Shown piece by piece: positions 17,309-26,903 of a stretch of DNA of 64,000 bases. Below the pieces are notes generated by a model. The model made no database searches. It worked only from the letters and a program-made list of their open reading frames with translations, and had not been told where the DNA came from. Within the stretch, counting starts at the first letter, position 1, and each line of letters opens with the position of its first letter. The stretch comes from Dehalococcoidia bacterium (GTDB taxonomy: Bacteria; Chloroflexota; Dehalococcoidia; Lucifugimonadales; UBA3495). The stretch is from the NCBI GenBank assembly GCA_965203195.1, contig OZ241860.1:1794334-1858333 (forward strand), written 5' to 3'. Position numbers and translations under genes: made by a program.

Positions 17309-20300
17309 CTAGGCAAGCCCGTCGGAGCAGACGATGCGGACGGGAGAGGGCAGTTCAGCGGCGGCGGTTTCAGTTTCACGGTTAGGACGCAGGGCGTACA
17401 ATTCGGCCAGTCGTTCGAGGCGTCGGGTCAGTTCCCGGCCGGCGATATGTTCCCGGCGCATGGCGGCAATGGCGGCGTCCACCGTAGCGGAGTAATCCCG
17501 GTTGGCGTAGATGCGGCGCATTCGCTCCACCGTGCGACGGTAGCTGGCGTCGTTGCCGGCCTCGCCCCGGGCCCGGTTCAGCTCCCGGTTGATGTAACGC
17601 TGGTTTTCGGTGCGCCGGGGCGCGTCAATCAACCGGGCGGGCGGAATGCTGCGGAAGGCGTGGTAGGCGGCCATCACCCGGTCGTTGGTGTTGGCCGGCA
17701 GCCGCCGGGGCGGCGTGTGCGGGTCGCACTGGGCCAGGGCCAGGAACTCGTCCGGCTCAACTGGCGCGGGTTGCAGGTCGTCGCCCACGGCGTAGCAGGC
17801 GTGTTCCGGGCCGCGCGCCAGCATCACTATGGTCTTGCCCTTGTGCGGGCCTTGCGGCGCGATAACGGCGGCGCGGATGCCGTCGGGCAGGCGGGATGCG
17901 TGGTCGTACAGATCGGGGTCGTCATCTCTGATGCGTTGCAGCAGGGCGATGTTGTTCTGCGTGGCGGCGCCGGCGTCCAGCAGGTCGTCGGTTGCGTCGT
18001 CCGGCAGCTCGCCCTGGGCATAGATGCGGTACATCGCCTCGGTGTTGAGTTTTTCGTCCGGGGACAGCACCGGACTGTCGGCGCCGATGACATTGTGGAA
18101 AGACCGGATGCGCGCGCCGATGCGGTCGGTCAGGGACAGGGTTTCGTCAATGCCGGCGTCGGGCCACATATTGTGCAGGTACACCGTGTCGGCCACAGCG
18201 CCGATGCGGTCCACGCGCCCGAAGCGCTGGATGAGCTTGACCGGGTTCCAGTGCAAATCGTAGTTGACGACCCGGTAGCAGTCTTGCAGGTTCTGGCCTT
18301 CGGACGCTACGTCGGTGGCGAGCAGGATGCGGATGGGGCGCTCCAGGATGTCGCGGCGGCTGGCCTGGTTGGACGCCGGCGAAAAGCGGGCAATGATGTC
18401 GGCCTGGCGGTCGTTGTTGCGGCTGGTCAGCATGGCGATTTCCGAGTTGTCGCCGCCGGGGTTCAGCTCCCGATACAGGTATTCCACCGTGTCGCGGGAT
18501 TCGGAAAACACCAGCGCCTTTTCGTTCCGCGCCGCCAGCGTGTCCAGAAAGGCGCGCAGTCGGGACAGCTTGTCATCGTCCGGGGCGCCAATGTCGTCGA
18601 TGCTGTCGCGGATGGCGGCCAGCAGATCGCAGTCGGACTTCAGGTCAGCCCGCCAGCGTCCGACGTTGAAATGACTCGCCGGGTGGGCGTTGTGGCGACC
18701 GCTCTCCGCCTCGTCGTCAGCCAGGTCGTCCAGCATCCGGTCGGGATCGAAGTCAGGGTCGTTGAGCAGGCGGGTCGCCAGCCGGCCGGTGGGAACATAG
18801 CCGTTCTCCAGCGCTTTGCGGAAATTTTCGTTGCTCTTGATCAGGGTGTCCAGCGTGCAACGAAAGGCGTGGACGCTGGACTCCAGCCGTTTCAGCGTCA
18901 GGGTTTTGATAAGGCCGGCGACGCGGCCCCGGCTACGCTTGAGGGCGTCGTAGCGCCGGTCGTCCCGATGGGCCGGCTTCAGGTAGTCCAGCGGCTGGTA
19001 GCGGGCGCCTTTGTGCCGCTTCAGCAATTTAAACAGGGCTGTGGAGCCGCCGGCGGCCGCATAAACCTGGTCCAGCCGGTAGGCCAGGTTCTCCAGTTGC
19101 GGAGTCGGAAACTTGACGGGCTGGCCGTTGACTTCGGCGCTGTCGCCGTAGATTTCAACGATGTCGCGGCGCCGGCGGCGGATAAAGATGGGCGTCAGCG
19201 CCCGCTGGATGGCGCGGCGGGCTGCTTCGCTGTCGGCGGCGTCTTTGCTGTGGGCGCGGAAGTAGCGTTGCAGGTTCGGCGGGTCAATGGGCAGGCCGTG
19301 GTCGTCATCGTCCATAAAGGCGCTGACCTGGTGGTAGATGTCCATAGACGACAGGTTCTGCGGCGTGGCGCTGAGCAGAATGACCTTGTGGTCGCCGTCC
19401 TGCAAGTAGTTTTTGACGCCGCGATAGCGGTTGTTGGAGCTGTTGCGGAAATGATGCGCTTCGTCAATCAGCACCGGGCCGTTGTGGGGGTATCGCTGCG
19501 ACAAGGACTGCCCGCGGACGGATATGTCGTTGAAAACCCAGTCCTCCTGTTCCTCGTCCCACTCCGCTTCGGCCGGCGCGGCGATGTTGCTTTGGGAAAC
19601 GATGTCCGCGCCCAGCTGGTAGATCTGGTTCACGTCTTGCCACATTGGAACCAGGGGCGCCGGGCAGATGATGAGCGGGTTGCCGGCCCTGGATTCAATG
19701 GACTTGAGTTGCTCCAGAATCTTGGCGCCCACGAAAGTTTTGCCCAGGCCGACCACGTCGCCGATGTAGCAGCCGCCGTGTTCGGCGATGATGTCCAGGC
19801 CGCGCCGCACGGCGTCCAGCTGGAAGTTGGCCAGTTGTGGACCGCGGCCGCCAGCCTCGATAATCGCGTCGCCGGTTTTGCCGTGGTGGAGTTCGTAGAG
19901 GGCTTTGAGATAAACATCGTAGGGCCGGGTTTCGGCTACCGCCCAGGAACGGTCCAGCTCCGCCAGGGCCAGCTCGGTGATGTCGGCGGCGTCCTGCCAG
20001 AGGTTTTCGAACCAGGCGTCCAGGTCGGCGACTTCGCGCCCGTCAAAGCGGACATTCAGCTCGGTGTTCCCCGCGAACCCGGCCAGGGAGAAGTTGGACG
20101 AGCCGACGATGGCCGAGCTCTGGACGGCCACGCGGTCGTAGTGGCAGATGTAGGCTTTGGCGTGCAGCCTCTCTTTGAGGTAGGCGCGGATTTCCAGCCG
20201 GCCGGCGGCGATGAGGTCGCGGATGCGGGTTATGCCCTGCTGTTCGCCGTCGATTTGCGGGGAGCTGCCGGCGGAGTTGCCTACCTGCCGGGCGGCTTCA

Positions 20301-20587
20301 CCCCGGAGCCGGTCGCTCTCGGAGCGGCGGATGGGGGTATGCGCCGCCAGATATTCGCCCAGGGTGTCGTGGTGGTTGATGGCGGCGGCTACGTCGTCCA
20401 GGACTGGCCGGTCGGTGCGTCCCACCAGGATGCGGATTTCAGCGACGCCGGATAGTTCGTGGGCCACTGCGGTGAAGCCGGACATAAAGAAATAGCCCAC
20501 GGCAATATCGGCCGACCTGGCCTCAGTGAGGATGGCCTTGAAATCCTCGGTGAAGGTGGGAACGCTGGTGGCGTGGATGATGTTCAT
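17309..20587 (-). CDS. PLD-family nuclease domain fused to an SNF2-family helicase/ATPase
   Basis: N-terminal HKD motif 'LHAKAYICH...IVGSSNFSLAG'. SNF2 motifs are 'GDVVGLGKTFVG', 'LIDEAHHFRN', 'LLSATPQN' and 'ATDVASEGQNLQ...NYDLHWNPVKLIQRFGRVDRIG'. Confidence 0.85.
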   Translation of the reverse strand: MNIIHATSVPTFTEDFKAILTEARSADIAVGYFFMSGFTAVAHELSGVAEIRILVGRTDRPVLDDVAAAINHHDTLGEYLAAHTPIRRSESDRLRGEAARQVGNSAGSSPQIDGEQQGITRIRDLIAAGRLEIRAYLKERLHAKAYICHYDRVAVQSSAIVGSSNFSLAGFAGNTELNVRFDGREVADLDAWFENLWQDAADITELALAELDRSWAVAETRPYDVYLKALYELHHGKTGDAIIEAGGRGPQLANFQLDAVRRGLDIIAEHGGCYIGDVVGLGKTFVGAKILEQLKSIESRAGNPLIICPAPLVPMWQDVNQIYQLGADIVSQSNIAAPAEAEWDEEQEDWVFNDISVRGQSLSQRYPHNGPVLIDEAHHFRNSSNNRYRGVKNYLQDGDHKVILLSATPQNLSSMDIYHQVSAFMDDDDHGLPIDPPNLQRYFRAHSKDAADSEAARRAIQRALTPIFIRRRRRDIVEIYGDSAEVNGQPVKFPTPQLENLAYRLDQVYAAAGGSTALFKLLKRHKGARYQPLDYLKPAHRDDRRYDALKRSRGRVAGLIKTLTLKRLESSVHAFRCTLDTLIKSNENFRKALENGYVPTGRLATRLLNDPDFDPDRMLDDLADDEAESGRHNAHPASHFNVGRWRADLKSDCDLLAAIRDSIDDIGAPDDDKLSRLRAFLDTLAARNEKALVFSESRDTVEYLYRELNPGGDNSEIAMLTSRNNDRQADIIARFSPASNQASRRDILERPIRILLATDVASEGQNLQDCYRVVNYDLHWNPVKLIQRFGRVDRIGAVADTVYLHNMWPDAGIDETLSLTDRIGARIRSFHNVIGADSPVLSPDEKLNTEAMYRIYAQGELPDDATDDLLDAGAATQNNIALLQRIRDDDPDLYDHASRLPDGIRAAVIAPQGPHKGKTIVMLARGPEHACYAVGDDLQPAPVEPDEFLALAQCDPHTPPRRLPANTNDRVMAAYHAFRSIPPARLIDAPRRTENQRYINRELNRARGEAGNDASYRRTVERMRRIYANRDYSATVDAAIAAMRREHIAGRELTRRLERLAELYALRPNRETETAAAELPSPVRIVCSDGLA

Positions 20588-21092
20588 ATTCGTCCCTTGG
20601 CTGGGCAGTCCCGGAAAGGCGTTGCGCCCCGGTTAAGGGCGACTTGCGGGCAGGGCGTGGTCGTTGCAATTGGACGGGCGAGGACTGACCGCTTTCGTGG
20701 CATATTGCGGTCGGATAGTAGCATGGCGTCGTGCTTGGGGAAACCGGTCGGGCGGCGTTGCCGATGGCCCAGTTTCCAAGCTGGTTCCGGGTGCGCTTCC
20801 GGGGTTGGGGCTGGAGTCTCGCGATTCGGCGCTGCCGGGCGGCGAATCGCGAAAATTCGCCTTGTGATTTGGGCGCGATTTTTCAGTGCTTGAGACAAGG
20901 GAAATCAAGGAATTTTCTGTACGGAGTTCTGGGCTTTCTTTGCTGCGGCCCCTGTGCCGATGGGATAGCGATGGGTTCCACGATGTTGTACGCTGGATGC
21001 GACGGCCCCCAATCGGGAGGGCACTGTGCAACATCGCCGGCCCCGGACGGGAACTGCCGGTTCAAGGAGTATAGCAGAGGGATAATGACGGG

Positions 21093-21317
21093 TTAGCGCG
21101 CGGCGGTCGTCGGTGTCCGCCCAGTCGGAGCAGCCCTGCGGGCCAGAGCCGGGTCGTTGCGGTAGGGGTCGGCTTTGGGCGGGCGCATTCGGGGCGAGTT
21201 CCACTGGCAGCTCTTGCACTTGGGACAGACCTTCGGTTCAGGCAGCGCCGGCTGTTTGGGTATCCAGCGGTGGGAACAGTGCTCGCACAGAAAGTCGTCA
21301 ATCTTGACATAAGCCAT
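21093..21317 (-). CDS. small zinc-ribbon protein
   Basis: ATG at 21317 preceded by 'ggagg'. 'MAYVKIDDFLCEHCSHRW...KVCPKCKSCQW' has CxxC...CxxC. Confidence 0.45.
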   Translation of the reverse strand: MAYVKIDDFLCEHCSHRWIPKQPALPEPKVCPKCKSCQWNSPRMRPPKADPYRNDPALARRAAPTGRTPTTAAR

Positions 21318-21730
21318 GGTTTCATTCCTCCGGGGGCGTGGCGGCCAGGCCAAAGCCTGCTGGTTTTTATCATACCACTATGGTTGCATTTCTGACAAAG
21401 CCTGCCGCACCGGTTCCCGAAGGCGAAATGAGGCATACCTACCCTGTGAGACTTGAGCGATTTGCCCCAAATCCTTTGCTATTGATACACTGATATAGTA
21501 TGATTGTTTAAGCGTTCTAACCACCGTGTCAGACGTTTTGAAACAGAGTGAGACCGCCGGAGTTGGCACCTCTGACGGCCTCGGTTGCACACCCGGACCG
21601 CGAAATCCAAGATGGGCATTTGGGATAGTATAGCATCGGCCAAGGCATTGCAACCCGTCCCGGAGTCGGGTTTCTCGGACTTGCAAGACTTGCGGGCCGC
21701 GTTGGGCCTGATTGACCTGGACGAGGTGTT

Positions 21731-22828
21731 GTGGCCTTGGAAGGCCCGCGCCGCGTCGGGCGCAGGGTATGTCCCCAGCGGCCCATGCTGCGGGCGTACC
21801 TGGCCGGCCGCCACCTCGGCATCGGTAGCCTGTCGGCTCTGATTGTCCGTTTGAACAATGACCCGGCGTTGCGCAGCGTGGCCGGCTTCACCGACAGCCT
21901 GCCGTCCTATGCGACCTTCTGGCGCGCGTTCGACCTGCTGGCCGGGGTGCCGGAACTGATTGCCCGCTGTTGCGATAACCTCCTGGACCGGCTTGCGGAA
22001 CTGGCGCCGGACCTGGGGTGGGAAGTGGCAGTGGACGCCACGACCATAGAGGCTTACGCCAATCCGAACCGGAAGCATACGGTGCGCAACCCGGACGGGC
22101 CGGCTGACCCGGACGCTACGTGGACGAAAAAGAACTCGGCCCGGGATCCTTCGAAGCAGGAATGGGTTTTCGGCTATAAAGCCCATGTGCTCGCCGATGC
22201 CAATCACGACGTGCCGCTGGGCATGGTCGTTACTACGGCCAGTCGGAACGATTCGCCGTTTTTGCCGTCGTTGCTTGCGAAATTGGAGACCGGTCATTCC
22301 TGGTTCAGCCTGGCGGCGAGCGCGGCGATCATTGCCGACCGGGGCTATGATTCCAGACGCAATAACGAGTTCGTGCATCGGAACGGCGGGGTTCCGGTTA
22401 TACACAAGCGCGGGTTGCCGGAGGGCAAGCTGCATGACGGCATCTACACTGCGGATAGCGTGCCGACCTGTTTGGGACAACGGGAGATGGCGTATGTCCG
22501 CACTGATCCCGATGCCGGGCATCATTTGTACCGCTGCCCAGCGGGCGGATGCGCCCGGCGTAATACAGCGCACGCTGTTTCCGCCTGCGATGACGAGTCT
22601 TGGGAGAACCCGGAGGATAACATCAGGCTGTTCGGCGGGGGCATCCGGCGGGGTAGCGCGGAGTGGAAGGCGATGGACGCCAAGCGGTGGAACGTGGAGC
22701 AGGTGTCCAGCAGGTGGAAGAAGCAGGGGCGTTTGGAGCGGCACTGCTATTTTGGTTTGCGGCGGGTATCGGCGCACGCGCGGTTGCAGATGCTGATGTC
22801 GCTGGCCGCGCAGCCGGATCAATTCCTA
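21731..22828 (+). pseudogene. IS4/IS5-superfamily DDE transposase gene, 3' end disrupted by a nested IS
   Basis: InsH-N-like 'RPMLRAYLAGRHLGIGSLSALIVRLNNDPALRSVAGF'. DDE region 'AVDATTIEAYAN...FGYKAHVLAD...IIADRGYDS'. The reading frame runs straight into the IS inserted at 22829. Confidence 0.65.
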
Positions 22829-23638
22829 GGTCGTGTTGACATTTTGGTGTTATCATTGCGGCATGGCAAACTTGGAACTGACATCCTACCAATGGGACAA
22901 AATCCTCACTTTCCTCCGCAGCCGCTCCGACCTCTACGTCGGCTGTGAAACCGATTGCCGACGCTTCATCACCGCCGTACTTTGGATTGCCCGCGCCGGC
23001 GCCCCCTGGCGAATGCTGCCTGCGGAATACGGCAAATGGAACTCCATCTACCGACGCTACGCCAACTGGTGCCACCGAGGCATCTGGACCGCGCTCCACC
23101 AACGCCTGGCCGATGACCCGGACACCGAATACCTCATCATTGACAGCACCATCGTCCGCGCCCATCCTGACGCCGCCGGCGCCCCTAAAAAGGGGGCGGT
23201 CAAGACGCTCAAGCGTTAGGGCGCAGCCGGGGCGGGTTCAGTACCAAAGTGCACATCACAGTGGACGGACTGGGCAATCCTTTGCGGTTCATCCTGACGG
23301 GAGGCCAGGAGAACGACATCACCCAGGCCGAAGCGTTGCTGTCCGGCTACGCCGGCGAGTATGTGATTGCGGACAAGGGGTACGATGCCCAGTGGTTGCG
23401 GGAGTGGATTGCGGAGTTGGGGATGACGCCGGTGATACCGGGCCGTTCCAACCGGAAGGTAGTGGTGGTGTATGACCCGGACCTGTACGGCGAGCGTCAT
23501 TTGGTGGAGTGCTTTATTGGCAAGGTGAAGCGCTACCGGCGGGTGTTCACCCGGTTTGAGAAATTGAGCCGGCGCTACTTGGGGTTTTGGCATTTTGCGG
23601 CGGCCCTCATCTGGCTACGCTGAAATGTCAACACGGCC
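22829..23638 (+). mobile_element. IS5-family (IS427/IS1031-group-like) insertion sequence, apparently intact
   Basis: 16-bp IRs with one mismatch: 'ggtcgtgttgacattt' at 22829 versus the reverse complement of 23623-23638, 'ggccgtgttgacattt'. It is flanked by TA/TA within a reconstructed CTAG target. Confidence 0.8.
22863..23623 (+). CDS. IS5-family transposase with a programmed -1 frameshift
   Basis: OrfA is 'MANLELTSYQWDKILTFL...'. The slippery 'aaaaag' at 23187-23192 would, after a -1 shift, read '...KKGGGQDAQALGRSRGGFSTKVH...', continuing into OrfB ('IADKGYDAQWLRE...'). Confidence 0.8.
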
Positions 23639-23707
23639 TAGACTATCGGCGGCAAAAGTGGTATCGTTGCCCCCAACCAATCCCCCGTTGCATCAGGAGG
23701 CGCCCAA

Positions 23708-24133
23708 ATGCCGCAGATTAAGCACATCGCCATTGCCACCAACGACGCCGCCAAAACCGCCGCGTTCTACCGGGAAGTCTTTGGCCTGCGCCAGGTGGCC
23801 GAGCTGGACGGCGAAAACGCCCGGGGCTTTATGCTCAGCGACGGCAATGTCAATATGGCCATCCTGGACTTCCAGAACGACACCGTGGCCGGGGAAGTCG
23901 GCAAGGACTGGCAGGGCATCCACCACATCGGCTTTGAGGTGGAGGATCTGGAGGAAACGGAACGCCGGCTGTCGGCCGCCAACTCCAAGCCTATGGACGA
24001 AGTGAACCACGCCCTGCACGCCGGGATGACCGGCCCCCGCACGCAGAATGTGGAAACCAAGTACGCCGGCCCCAACGGGGAGATGATCGACGTCTCCGAA
24101 ACGGGCTGGGTCGGCACCCGGGGCCTGGACTAA
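23708..24133 (+). CDS. VOC/glyoxalase-family protein
   Basis: 141 aa. 'IKHIAIATNDAAKTAAFYREVFGL' and 'IHHIGFEVEDLEE' are typical paired beta-alpha-beta-beta-beta modules. RBS 'caggagg'. Confidence 0.75.
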   Translation: MPQIKHIAIATNDAAKTAAFYREVFGLRQVAELDGENARGFMLSDGNVNMAILDFQNDTVAGEVGKDWQGIHHIGFEVEDLEETERRLSAANSKPMDEVNHALHAGMTGPRTQNVETKYAGPNGEMIDVSETGWVGTRGLD

Positions 24134-24262
24134 CCGCAGCCGAGCCGGTTCCGGTCCGAATCGGAAACCCGAAACAGGCCGGGGGAATGCTCCTCGCATC
24201 TCCCGGCGAACAATCCGGCGGCAAACCAACCCGGCGGCGAACACTTTTCGGAGAGTAGCGCG

Positions 24263-24730
24263 ATGACCCCGCAACCGCAGCGACTGACCTGCTATGTCAA
24301 GAAAACCGGCTCCGACCCCGACCAGTGGGAAGGCTTCTGCGCGCAGATTGATATACCCGCCATCGGCGACACCTACGAGGAAGTGGCGCGGATGATGGGC
24401 GAGGCCGTGGACAATTACATTGAGTATATCCACGAGCGCCAGCCCGATGACGAGCAGCGGCTGCTTTTCCGGCCCCTGCCCGGCGGAAAGGTGTGGCAGC
24501 TGTGGTTTGAGGAGCGCATCCTGCAACGCCTGCCCTTCTCCGGACGGCAGATACGCAAGTTTCACATCACGGCGGCGCGGGGCATCCCCGCCCAGCTGGA
24601 CCCGAACCAGACGCAGCTGTGCTTCAACTGCAAAAAGTACCGCGGCGTCGGCGAGTTTGAGGTCTTTCACTCGCCCAATTCCGCCTATGTCTGGTACGAC
24701 AAGACCTGCGACGTGTGCAAGTCGGGTTAG
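24263..24730 (+). CDS. HicB-like (UPF0150-fold) domain protein with a C-terminal zinc ribbon
   Basis: 'WEGFCAQIDIPAIGDTYEEVARMMGEAVDNYIEY' resembles the HicB N-domain pattern. The C-terminus 'CFNCKKY...CDVCKSG' has CxxC...CxxC. Confidence 0.4.
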   Translation: MTPQPQRLTCYVKKTGSDPDQWEGFCAQIDIPAIGDTYEEVARMMGEAVDNYIEYIHERQPDDEQRLLFRPLPGGKVWQLWFEERILQRLPFSGRQIRKFHITAARGIPAQLDPNQTQLCFNCKKYRGVGEFEVFHSPNSAYVWYDKTCDVCKSG

Positions 24731-24829
24731 CCGGGCTCGCCGGGCTGGGCCGGCCGGCCTAAAGCCCGGCGTTTGATGCGACAGCATGGGTGGGGATGGC
24801 GCGGCGGCGCGCCATCTCCGCGCGGTCGC

Positions 24830-25270
24830 TTATTCCGCCGGCCGGAACACCAGCCCCGGCTCGTCGGGGTCAATTTCGTCAAAGGCCAGGGTCAGCGCCA
24901 TCCCGGTGCGGATGTCCTGCGGGTTGGCGGCGTCCACGCCGGCAATGCGCGCGCTGATGCGCGGCCCTTCCGCCAGGGTCACGATGCCCGTGCAGTAGGG
25001 GTTGCGCCGCCCGTAGCCCTTGGCCTCCAGAGACGCCGGGGCCACGGATATGCAGGTAAAAGCGCTCAACGCCCCCTTGCCACTGAACTCGTGCCACTCC
25101 ATATTGCGGCTGTGGCTGGCCGGGTCAATGGGCCGCGCTTCGGCGTAAATGTTGCCGTTGTCCCGGCAGCGGACGCCCATAAAGCGGCCCTCCTTGAGGA
25201 AAGCGTAGAAAGACGCCGCGTTGAAAGGCCGGCGGGCGGTTTCGCTTTCGGTTCCGTTTTCCGTTGCCAT
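24830..25270 (-). CDS. DUF35-type OB-fold protein (partner of the SCP-x-type thiolase)
   Basis: 146 aa. Immediately downstream of, and co-directional with, the thiolase-like gene. An OB-like 'GKGALSAFTCISVAP...GIVTLAEGPRISARI' segment is present. Confidence 0.6.
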   Translation of the reverse strand: MATENGTESETARRPFNAASFYAFLKEGRFMGVRCRDNGNIYAEARPIDPASHSRNMEWHEFSGKGALSAFTCISVAPASLEAKGYGRRNPYCTGIVTLAEGPRISARIAGVDAANPQDIRTGMALTLAFDEIDPDEPGLVFRPAE

Positions 25271-25282
25271 TATGCCCTCCCG

Positions 25283-26557
25283 TTACCCGCGTTGCAGCAC
25301 ATTGACCACGCAGGTGCCACCGGTGCCGCCCACATTGTGGGTCAGCCCGAATTCCAGGTTGGGGTTGTCCACCTGGCGGGCGCCGGCTTCGCCGCGCAGC
25401 TGCTTGTACACCTCAATGACCTGGGCCACGCCGCTGGCGCCCACCGGGTGGCCTTTGGCCTTGAGGCCGCCGCTGGTGTTGACCGGACGGTCGCCCGCCC
25501 GGGCCGTGCGGCCCTCGTCCACCGCGTGCGGGCCTTCGCCGGGGGCAAAGAAGCCCAGATCCTCGGTGGCTACGATTTCGGCAATGGTAAAGCAGTCGTG
25601 GACTTCGGCCACGCCCACCTGCTCCGGCCCGATGCCCGCCATGGCGTAAGCCTGGGCGGCGGCGGTTTTGGCGGCGGACAGCGAAGTCAGCTCCTCGGCA
25701 TCATGCAGGGGACGCCCGGTAGCCTGCCCGATGCCGGCGATATGCACCGGCCGGTCGGTGAACTGGCCCGCGATTTCACTGGCCACCAGCAGCACGCAGG
25801 AAGCGCCGTCGGTGATGGGGGCGCAGTCGTACAGCCGCAGCGGCCAGGCAATCCAGGGATTGGCGCGGGCGTCGTTGAGGAAATCCAGCTCGTCATCCCA
25901 CTCGGGAATGGGTTCGCCCCGCTGTTCGGCGCGGGCCTGCCGCCGTTCCATCATATCCCGGATGGTGACCTGGAACTGGGCCTTGGGGTTGAGCTTGCCG
26001 TTTTCGTGGTTTTTGACGCCAACCTTCAGCAGATGGTTGAGGTTGGTTTCGTAGCGATCCATATGGGCTTTGGCGATAGCGCCGAATATGCCGGGGAAAG
26101 TGAGGCCGGCCGGCACTTCATACAGCCCGTCGGCGGCGGATGCCAGCACGTCGGTGACGCCTTCCGTGGGCAGGGAAGTCATCTTTTCCACGCCGCCCAC
26201 CAGCACGACATCGTACATCCCGCTGGCGATAGCCATTGCGCCCTCCCGCAGGGCGGAACCGCTGCTGGCGCAGGCATTTTCCACCCGGGTAATGGGCGTA
26301 GGCGTCATCCCCAGCCAGTCGGCGATAATGGGGGCGGTATGCCCCTGATGCTCAAACAGGTCGGCGGAGTAGTTGCCCAGGTAGCCCGCCTCAATGTCGG
26401 CGGCGGAAATGCCGGTGTCAATGTTGTCCTGCAAGTCGTGAAAGGCTTCCACGAACAGGTCGCGGGATGACTTGTCGGGGTAGGCCCCGAAGTTGGATAG
26501 GCCGGCGCCCACGATGGCAACGGGGCGCGCCAGTCGGCGGGAACGGGTAGCGGTCAT
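25283..26557 (-). CDS. thiolase-like (SCP-x/lipid-transfer-type) acetyl-CoA acyltransferase
   Basis: 424 aa with 'RVENACASSGSALREG' (active-site Cys region) and C-terminal 'GLTHNVGGTGGTCVV'. Confidence 0.8.
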   Translation of the reverse strand: MTATRSRRLARPVAIVGAGLSNFGAYPDKSSRDLFVEAFHDLQDNIDTGISAADIEAGYLGNYSADLFEHQGHTAPIIADWLGMTPTPITRVENACASSGSALREGAMAIASGMYDVVLVGGVEKMTSLPTEGVTDVLASAADGLYEVPAGLTFPGIFGAIAKAHMDRYETNLNHLLKVGVKNHENGKLNPKAQFQVTIRDMMERRQARAEQRGEPIPEWDDELDFLNDARANPWIAWPLRLYDCAPITDGASCVLLVASEIAGQFTDRPVHIAGIGQATGRPLHDAEELTSLSAAKTAAAQAYAMAGIGPEQVGVAEVHDCFTIAEIVATEDLGFFAPGEGPHAVDEGRTARAGDRPVNTSGGLKAKGHPVGASGVAQVIEVYKQLRGEAGARQVDNPNLEFGLTHNVGGTGGTCVVNVLQRG

Positions 26558-26780
26558 TTTGGCAATGCTCCTTTTGGGCCCGGCGCCACTTTGGACGGAA
26601 CCGGGTTGCGGTACTGCGGAACGAAATGACAGGCTGACAAGATGACAAGATGACAGGATGGCGGGATTATAGCATAACCGCCGGGCCGGTCCGATAGCCA
26701 GTCAGTAGAATGAAGTAGCGCGGCAAAGAAAGCCGGGCAAGCGCCAAAATCGGGGAATCCCGGATTGGCCGGGATTTTAG

Positions 26781-26809
26781 TTGCCTAATGCGCCGGGGCG
26801 TGTTAGGAT
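26781..26809 (+). promoter_or_regulatory. candidate sigma-70-type promoter of rpsO
   Basis: 'ttgcct' (26781-26786), a 17-nt spacer, then 'taggat' (26804-26809), ~95 nt upstream of the rpsO ATG. Confidence 0.35.
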
Positions 26810-26903
26810 GTTCGCCACAAACGGTCATTTGACTCTGACGCAGCAGAATGCCGGAACGAAACCGGGGAAACCGGGCCGGAAAGGAAGGGTAGAACAGCAA
26901 CTG

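Noticed and set aside
13550-20587. Calling the MTase/PLD-SNF2 module a DISARM or BREX system.
   Set aside because: The defining DrmA/DrmB (DUF1998) or PglZ/BrxC/BrxL genes are absent from the window, so only a 'DISARM/BREX-like parts' statement is justified.
21585-21842. An apparent frameshift at the 5' end of the outer transposase ('GAGYVPSGP' in one frame versus 'RPMLRAYLAG' in another).
   Set aside because: The frame of the 21731 ORF already gives an InsH-N-like 'GRRVCPQRPMLRAYLA...' without any shift. The alternative frame match is too short to support a frameshift call.
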